From: Prolixibacteraceae bacterium
Lineage (GTDB): Bacteria > Bacteroidota > Bacteroidia > Bacteroidales > Prolixibacteraceae
Direction: 5' to 3'
DNA: 61,886 bases
Assembly (NCBI GenBank): GCA_035297625.1
Contig: DATGYU010000316.1
Location: forward strand, 1 to 61,886
Of this stretch, positions 56,736 to 61,886 are shown one piece after another. How positions within the stretch are numbered: the first letter of the stretch is position 1; the number at the start of each line of letters is the position of its first letter. Under the pieces are notes generated by a model. It saw only the letters and a program-made list of their open reading frames with translations, searched no databases and was not told where the DNA came from. The position numbers and the translations under genes were made by a program.

Positions 56736-56743
56736 TATCTTTG
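56736..56743 (+). promoter_or_regulatory. -7 box TATCTTTG for thyA-folA
   Basis: TAnnTTTG consensus 25 bp before the ATG. Confidence 0.5.
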
Positions 56744-56768
56744 AAGCAAATTTCCATGATCTGTTAAG

Positions 56769-57563
56769 ATGAAACAATATCTCGATTTACTCAATCATGT
56801 CCTCAATAATGGCGTTAGAAAAGATGATCGTACAGGCACGGGCACTTTGAGTGTTTTCGGCTACCAGTCAAGATACAACCTTTCGGAAGGTTTTCCGGTG
56901 CTGACCACGAAAAAGCTTCATCTTAAATCCATTATTCATGAATTGCTTTGGTTTTTAACCGGCGATACCAACATTCATTACCTAAAGGAAAATGGGGTAA
57001 GGATTTGGAATGAATGGGCCGATGCGGAGGGCAACCTTGGCCCGGTGTACGGCTACCAGTGGAGATCATGGCCCACGCCTGATGGCCGGCATATTGACCA
57101 GATCTCGCAGGTGATAGAAAGCATTCAACAAAAGCCTGATTCACGCCGTCATATTGTGAGTGCCTGGAATGTAGGCCAGATCGACGAGATGCGTCTGCCC
57201 CCCTGCCATTTGCTGATCCAGTTTTATGTGGCAGAAGGTAAGTTGTCGTGCCAGCTGTATCAGCGTAGTGCCGACATTTTTCTGGGTGTTCCGTTCAACA
57301 TAGCTTCCTATGCGCTGCTGACCATGATGGTGGCCCAGGTTTGCAACTTGCAGCCCGGAGATTTTGTCCATACCCTCGGCGATGCACATATCTATCTGAA
57401 TCATTTGGAGCAGGTAAAACTACAGCTTACCCGTGAACCTTATCCGCTTCCGCAGATGAAGATTAACCCCGGTATCAACAATATATTTGATTTCAAGTTT
57501 GAAGATTTTGAGTTGACCGGCTACCAGGCGCATCCACATATTCCGGGTAAGGTAGCGGTATAA
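56769..57563 (+). CDS. thyA: Thymidylate synthase
   Basis: [26 protein letters not shown]. Confidence 0.98.
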   Translation: MKQYLDLLNHVLNNGVRKDDRTGTGTLSVFGYQSRYNLSEGFPVLTTKKLHLKSIIHELLWFLTGDTNIHYLKENGVRIWNEWADAEGNLGPVYGYQWRSWPTPDGRHIDQISQVIESIQQKPDSRRHIVSAWNVGQIDEMRLPPCHLLIQFYVAEGKLSCQLYQRSADIFLGVPFNIASYALLTMMVAQVCNLQPGDFVHTLGDAHIYLNHLEQVKLQLTREPYPLPQMKINPGINNIFDFKFEDFELTGYQAHPHIPGKVAV

Positions 57564-57651
57564 TTTTTTGATTTGCAAGTTCCATAGTTTCAAAATTGCC
57601 AGTTGTTACAGATCATTCATTCGGTAGAAAAGATTAGAAAACCTTCATTTT

Positions 57652-58146
57652 ATGAAACACGAAAACATATCCATCATTGTAGCCATCGCTCAAAATTTTG
57701 CCATTGGTAAGAATAACGATCTGTTGTTTCATCTTCCCAATGATTTAAAAAGATTTAAGCATATAACTACGGGCCATGCGGTTATCATGGGACGTAACAC
57801 CTTTCTTTCATTGCCTAAGGGAGCGCTTCCCAACCGCCGTAACATTGTCATTACCGACAATCCCTATGACAAGTTCGATGGTTGTGAGATGGTATTTTCC
57901 GTCGAAGAAGCTATTGCGGCCGTAAAATATGAAAAGGAAGCCTTTATTATTGGCGGCGGGATGATTTACAGGCAATTCTTCCCCTTGGCCAATAAGCTCT
58001 ATCTCACTCTGGTACATCAGGATTATGATGCGGATGTTTATTTCCCTGAAATCGATTATTCGCAATGGGAAGAATTACAGCGTGAGGATTCGTTGGATGA
58101 GAAAAACGGGTTCCGGTACTCCTATCTCGATTTGAAAAGAAAATAA
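57652..58146 (+). CDS. folA: Dihydrofolate reductase
   Basis: AIGKNNDL, VIMGRNT, LPNRRNIV, IIGGG. Confidence 0.95.
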   Translation: MKHENISIIVAIAQNFAIGKNNDLLFHLPNDLKRFKHITTGHAVIMGRNTFLSLPKGALPNRRNIVITDNPYDKFDGCEMVFSVEEAIAAVKYEKEAFIIGGGMIYRQFFPLANKLYLTLVHQDYDADVYFPEIDYSQWEELQREDSLDEKNGFRYSYLDLKRK

Positions 58147-58192
58147 AGACGGATTGAATATTTAACTTAGAATAAATTAGAAATATCAAATA

Positions 58193-58244
58193 ACGAATAA
58201 GGAATAAGAAAGTCAAAAAGGGCACTTTCTTATTCCTTATTCGT
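58193..58244. repeat. Perfect 21-bp inverted repeat of GAATAAG heptamers between convergent folA and ppa
   Basis: ACGAATAAGGAATAAGAAAGT-N10-ACTTTCTTATTCCTTATTCGT. Confidence 0.75.
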
Positions 58245-58413
58245 AATTAATTATTCCTTAGGACGGGTAACTATCAACTGTCATATTTTATTGAACCAAA
58301 ATGAACTAAAGGACTGAAGGAGTGGTCACAGAATACCGATCACTGATAACTGCGGCTTCTCAATGTCTGATGCTTCCCATATTTCCAACGAGTTGGTTTC
58401 ATACTTCTGCTCA

Positions 58414-59076
58414 TTAAAGGATTCTGCCCAGGTTCTCAAACCATTTCTGGTAATCACGCATGGAGCATTCAATCACTTCGCGGGCTTCGTCAGCCCCGTA
58501 GATATGTGATATTTCAGTCTTACTGGGCTTACCTGGCATATCCTTATAGGTCAGGAAATAATGTTTTAAGCGTTCCACCACGATATCCGGCAGATCGACT
58601 AAATCTTTGTATTCACTGTATACCACGTCATTGGTCAGAACGGCTATGATTTTATCATCAGCTTCATTGCCATCGATCATGCGAAAGCCCCCAATAGGGC
58701 GGGCATCGACCAGTATATCGCCATGAGCAATGGTTTTTTCGGTCAGAACGCAAATATCAATGGGGTCGCCATCGCCCTTAATATTTGTTTTGCCCGTTTT
58801 ATCCATGCAATATTTTCCAACCTGTTCGCCGCAGTAAGTCTGGGGAATAAAACCATACAGGGCAGGCACTACATTTGAATACTTCTGGGGCCTGTCAATA
58901 CGAAGATATCCGCATTCCTTGTCAATTTCATACTTCACGGTATCGGTAGGTACCACTTCAATAAAAGCGGTTACATTTTCAGGAGCATCCTTACCGATAA
59001 AAACGCCATGCCAGGGATGTGATTTATAACGCAGGCCCATCAGGCGGCCTATTGGATCGGATAATCTGTCTGCCAT
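58414..59076 (-). CDS. ppa: Inorganic pyrophosphatase (family I)
   Basis: HPWH, KYE, YGFIPQT, DGDPIDI, DDKIIAV, YK. Confidence 0.93.
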   Translation of the reverse strand: MADRLSDPIGRLMGLRYKSHPWHGVFIGKDAPENVTAFIEVVPTDTVKYEIDKECGYLRIDRPQKYSNVVPALYGFIPQTYCGEQVGKYCMDKTGKTNIKGDGDPIDICVLTEKTIAHGDILVDARPIGGFRMIDGNEADDKIIAVLTNDVVYSEYKDLVDLPDIVVERLKHYFLTYKDMPGKPSKTEISHIYGADEAREVIECSMRDYQKWFENLGRIL

Positions 59077-59570
59077 AGTTTATTATTTAGTTCTGTTCAT
59101 AATAAACCATAATTGCTGTAAAATGTTTAGGGTGACGCACAATTAAAGTAAACTTATTGAACACAACTAATGGTCAAAGGTTATATGCCGTTTTATCACC
59201 ATAAAAACTAACAGGGGCGCTGAAACCATTCAATAGCTCAAGAGTATACCTTTCAGTATAAAGTGGAAGTGCAAGGTATTTTTCATGGAAAAATCAGTGA
59301 TGGATACAGACTTTATGGTAGAATGACCCCTGAAGAATAGCAGAACTTATGAAGGATGGATTTTACAGATTTTAAAAGTAATCCAGGTCATTTTATGAAT
59401 AGCCTGAATTATTTTTAAAATGCTGAATACTTAAAATTAATTTATAGATAGACTTTCATTGAAAAGCCACATAACAACCAAAGATAATTCATTGGACAGA
59501 AGCAATACCCCCCAAGTCCAATTACTACGAGGTAGCAAAATCCGGTTTTAGTTAATAAAAACAAGTCATT

Positions 59571-59933
59571 TCAATATGCTGAAATGTGAACTTCACCAAC
59601 ATCAGAAAGTTGTTCAGGTATGACACCCTGAGGCGGGGAAGTCAAATCTAGTCCATGAATGGCTTTTACTTCATTAATAAACCATTTGGTGAAAGAGTCG
59701 TTGCCTTCTCCAAATCTGGCAAAGGCTGCTTGGGGATCATTGCCTTCCAGGGTGACAATTGCAAAGTCTCCTTGTGGAATGTGCTGAAAAAAGACACGTT
59801 CGCGTACTCCAACTCTCTCCCTACTGGCTTTATAATCTTCAAGTCTCTCAGAATTAAGGGTATTCATAAAATTGTGCCAACGTTCTGTCTGTCCTGGCAG
59901 TATCGGAACGGCCATTGCAATCAATTTATTCAT
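59571..59933 (-). CDS. Small hypothetical protein (possible dimeric alpha/beta-barrel fold)
   Basis: 120-aa ORF with P.LPG, S..R.GV.E..F and HG.DL pattern; ATG preceded by an A-rich leader. Confidence 0.65.
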   Translation of the reverse strand: MNKLIAMAVPILPGQTERWHNFMNTLNSERLEDYKASRERVGVRERVFFQHIPQGDFAIVTLEGNDPQAAFARFGEGNDSFTKWFINEVKAIHGLDLTSPPQGVIPEQLSDVGEVHISAY

Positions 59934-60285
59934 AGTGTATATATTTAAATTTACCTACTCATATGGCTTTTCGGTATCCGCCTTGTTTTTAAAGTGGTTT
60001 CTTGTTTCCACTTTGTGTAAATCATTAATAGTTTCCAGAGGAAAAAAAATCTTCATCTTTTATTACCCACAGAATATGATCGCAAAGAACAACATCTACG
60101 CTTTTGACTTTAAGTAAGTTACAACTGGACATCGTTTTATGGTTTATTAACTGAGGAACCACATAATGGTGATAAAAATCAGCCTTTCGCATATTCAGGA
60201 ATTGCTTTGTAACAGATTGATTGATTGATTCTTTACCAAATTGTTAAACCCAATAGAAAAAGAAGTTCCAATAATTAATACCTTT

Positions 60286-60293
60286 TATCTTTG
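60286..60293 (+). promoter_or_regulatory. -7 box TATCTTTG for mdh
   Basis: TAnnTTTG consensus 40 bp before the ATG. Confidence 0.55.
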
Positions 60294-60333
60294 TACACGT
60301 ATTAAAAACAATTAATCCAAAAAAAATACAATT

Positions 60334-61269
60334 ATGAAAGTAACCGTAGTAGGCGCCGGAAATGTTGGAGCTACCTGTGCACAGATTGTAGCAGAAAAAA
60401 ACATTGTAAGCGAAGTAGTATTACTTGATATCAAAGAAGGACTGTCAGAAGGCAAAGCGTTGGACTTATGGCAGACTGCTCCCATTAATTTTTATGACAC
60501 CCGTTTGGTAGGAGCTACCAACGATTATGCAAGATCAGCCGGATCAGATGTAGTGGTGATCACTTCAGGTGTTCCACGTAAACCGGGCATGAGCCGCGAT
60601 GATTTGATTTCAATCAACGCCGGTATTGTGAAGAGTGTTACAGAAAACATCATCAAATATTCACCTGATGCGGTTATTATTGTTGTTTCCAACCCGTTGG
60701 ATGTAATGACCTATGTGGCACATGCAGTCTCAAAATCATCGAAGAACAAAGTAATGGGTATGGCAGGTATTCTGGATACTGCCCGTTACCGTGCTTTCTT
60801 GGCTGAAGCATTGGATGTATCACCACGTGATATTTCAGCATTGCTGATGGGCGGTCATGGCGACACCATGGTTCCACTTCCCCGTTACACTACCGTTGCA
60901 GGTATCCCGGTAACTGAAATGATTGACAAAGATACCCTTGACAAAATCATTGACCGCACCAAAAAAGGCGGTGGAGAGTTGGTTAACCTGATGGGAACTT
61001 CTGCATGGTATGCTCCCGGATCAGCTGCTGCACAAATGGTGGAAGCTATTGTAATGGACCAAAAACGTGTATTCCCTTGCTGCGTTAAACTGGAAGGTGA
61101 ATTTGGTTTAAATGACATCTTTGTGGGTGTACCTGTTAAACTGGGTAAAAACGGTGTTGAAAAAATTATTGAAGTAAATCTGACTGCGGAAGAAAAAGCC
61201 TTGTTGGAGGATTCAGCCAAAGCTGTTAAAGAAATCATGGATGTAGTTGACGGCATGAATATTCTTTAA
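60334..61269 (+). CDS. mdh: Malate dehydrogenase (LDH-like)
   Basis: [32 protein letters not shown]. Confidence 0.96.
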   Translation: MKVTVVGAGNVGATCAQIVAEKNIVSEVVLLDIKEGLSEGKALDLWQTAPINFYDTRLVGATNDYARSAGSDVVVITSGVPRKPGMSRDDLISINAGIVKSVTENIIKYSPDAVIIVVSNPLDVMTYVAHAVSKSSKNKVMGMAGILDTARYRAFLAEALDVSPRDISALLMGGHGDTMVPLPRYTTVAGIPVTEMIDKDTLDKIIDRTKKGGGELVNLMGTSAWYAPGSAAAQMVEAIVMDQKRVFPCCVKLEGEFGLNDIFVGVPVKLGKNGVEKIIEVNLTAEEKALLEDSAKAVKEIMDVVDGMNIL

Positions 61270-61303
61270 TAACTAGATAGAATACAATATTTATCTATAT
61301 TTG

Positions 61304-61333
61304 AGCTCCTGCATTTTTATGCAGGAGCTTTTT
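61304..61333 (+). terminator. Intrinsic terminator after mdh
   Basis: AGCTCCTGCAT-TTTT-ATGCAGGAGCT followed by Ts. Confidence 0.85.
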
Positions 61334-61365
61334 ATTTATACCAAAGGCCTGAATTAAATTGTCGG

Positions 61366-61794
61366 ATGATTGAGCTTCCTTTACAAATTATAGAACTTGA
61401 AAAAGATAACTTTCACATTCTTGTTGAAGGTGAATTTCGTGACAAAACCAAAACTGGCTGGATCATCGATACCGGTGCTTCAAAGTCGGTGATGGATGTC
61501 AACCAGAGCGCATATTATGAGATCATGGAATCAGACAACCTTGACGATTACCACAGCGCGGGCATCAACCAGGGAATGATGGAAACGATGGTGGGTAAAT
61601 TAGGTTTTCTAAGATTAGGTGACCTTGAAATATTAGACCATAAGGTAGCCTTGATAGATCTGCAGCATGTAAACGACATCTACGGGAAATTTACCCCTTA
61701 CCACATTTCAGGGCTCCTTGGGGGAGATATCTTAATGCAGTACAAATGCAGGATCGATTATGCCCATAAAACAATTCAATTTCAGGTACCATAG
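61366..61794 (+). CDS. Retropepsin-like aspartic protease
   Basis: IIDTGAS catalytic motif and GLLGGD. Confidence 0.85.
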   Translation: MIELPLQIIELEKDNFHILVEGEFRDKTKTGWIIDTGASKSVMDVNQSAYYEIMESDNLDDYHSAGINQGMMETMVGKLGFLRLGDLEILDHKVALIDLQHVNDIYGKFTPYHISGLLGGDILMQYKCRIDYAHKTIQFQVP

Positions 61795-61886
61795 CAATAA
61801 ATAGTATAAAATACTGTCTGCAGTAAATTAGAAAAAAAAACATATATTTGGCACCGTAAAAAAGAGATAGTCTATGGTTTTCAAGA

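Noticed and set aside
59077-59570. Possible decayed gene or sRNA in the ppa upstream gap
   Set aside because: Only short interrupted frames and no convincing structure or motif
61874-61886. Possible gene start (ATG GTT TTC AAG) at the right edge
   Set aside because: Only four codons are visible; a -7-like box precedes it but no product can be assigned
1-61886. tRNA, rRNA, prophage or known defence systems
   Set aside because: No cloverleaf or rRNA signatures, phage structural genes, or recognisable defence domains were seen

Overview
Chromosomal window from an anaerobic Bacteroidota, probably Prolixibacteraceae/Marinilabiliales-like. This is inferred from TAnnTTTG -7 promoter boxes, a tamB-tamL pair, GH92 and a TPP-riboswitch TonB receptor. 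Most genes are housekeeping (mtaB, suhB, fmt, cdd, pepD, nnr, serS, rplU-rpmA, thyA-folA, ppa, mdh). The best candidate for an undescribed system is the 7-gene locus at 39.3-47.8 kb. It encodes a PstS-like/TM/GcvH-like fusion, HybA-like and HybB/NrfD-like subunits with no catalytic partner, a second membrane-anchored GcvH-like protein, a heme-c sensor kinase, a sigma54 activator and an archaemetzincin. Both GcvH-like domains appear to lack the lipoyl lysine, and a sigma54-type promoter and repeated TGT-N11-ACA operators are visible. The four longest intergenic gaps each hold a palindromic array of 11-bp units, and two of these are near-identical inverted copies about 47 kb apart. Other notable items are a RAYT transposase with flanking and in-frame internal REP palindromes, a GH55-like/GH158-like/GH55-like triad, an MFSD1-like transporter beside pepD, a class D beta-lactamase-family lipoprotein, and several families of short intergenic repeats. 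All family assignments are from motif recognition by eye; no database searches were run.
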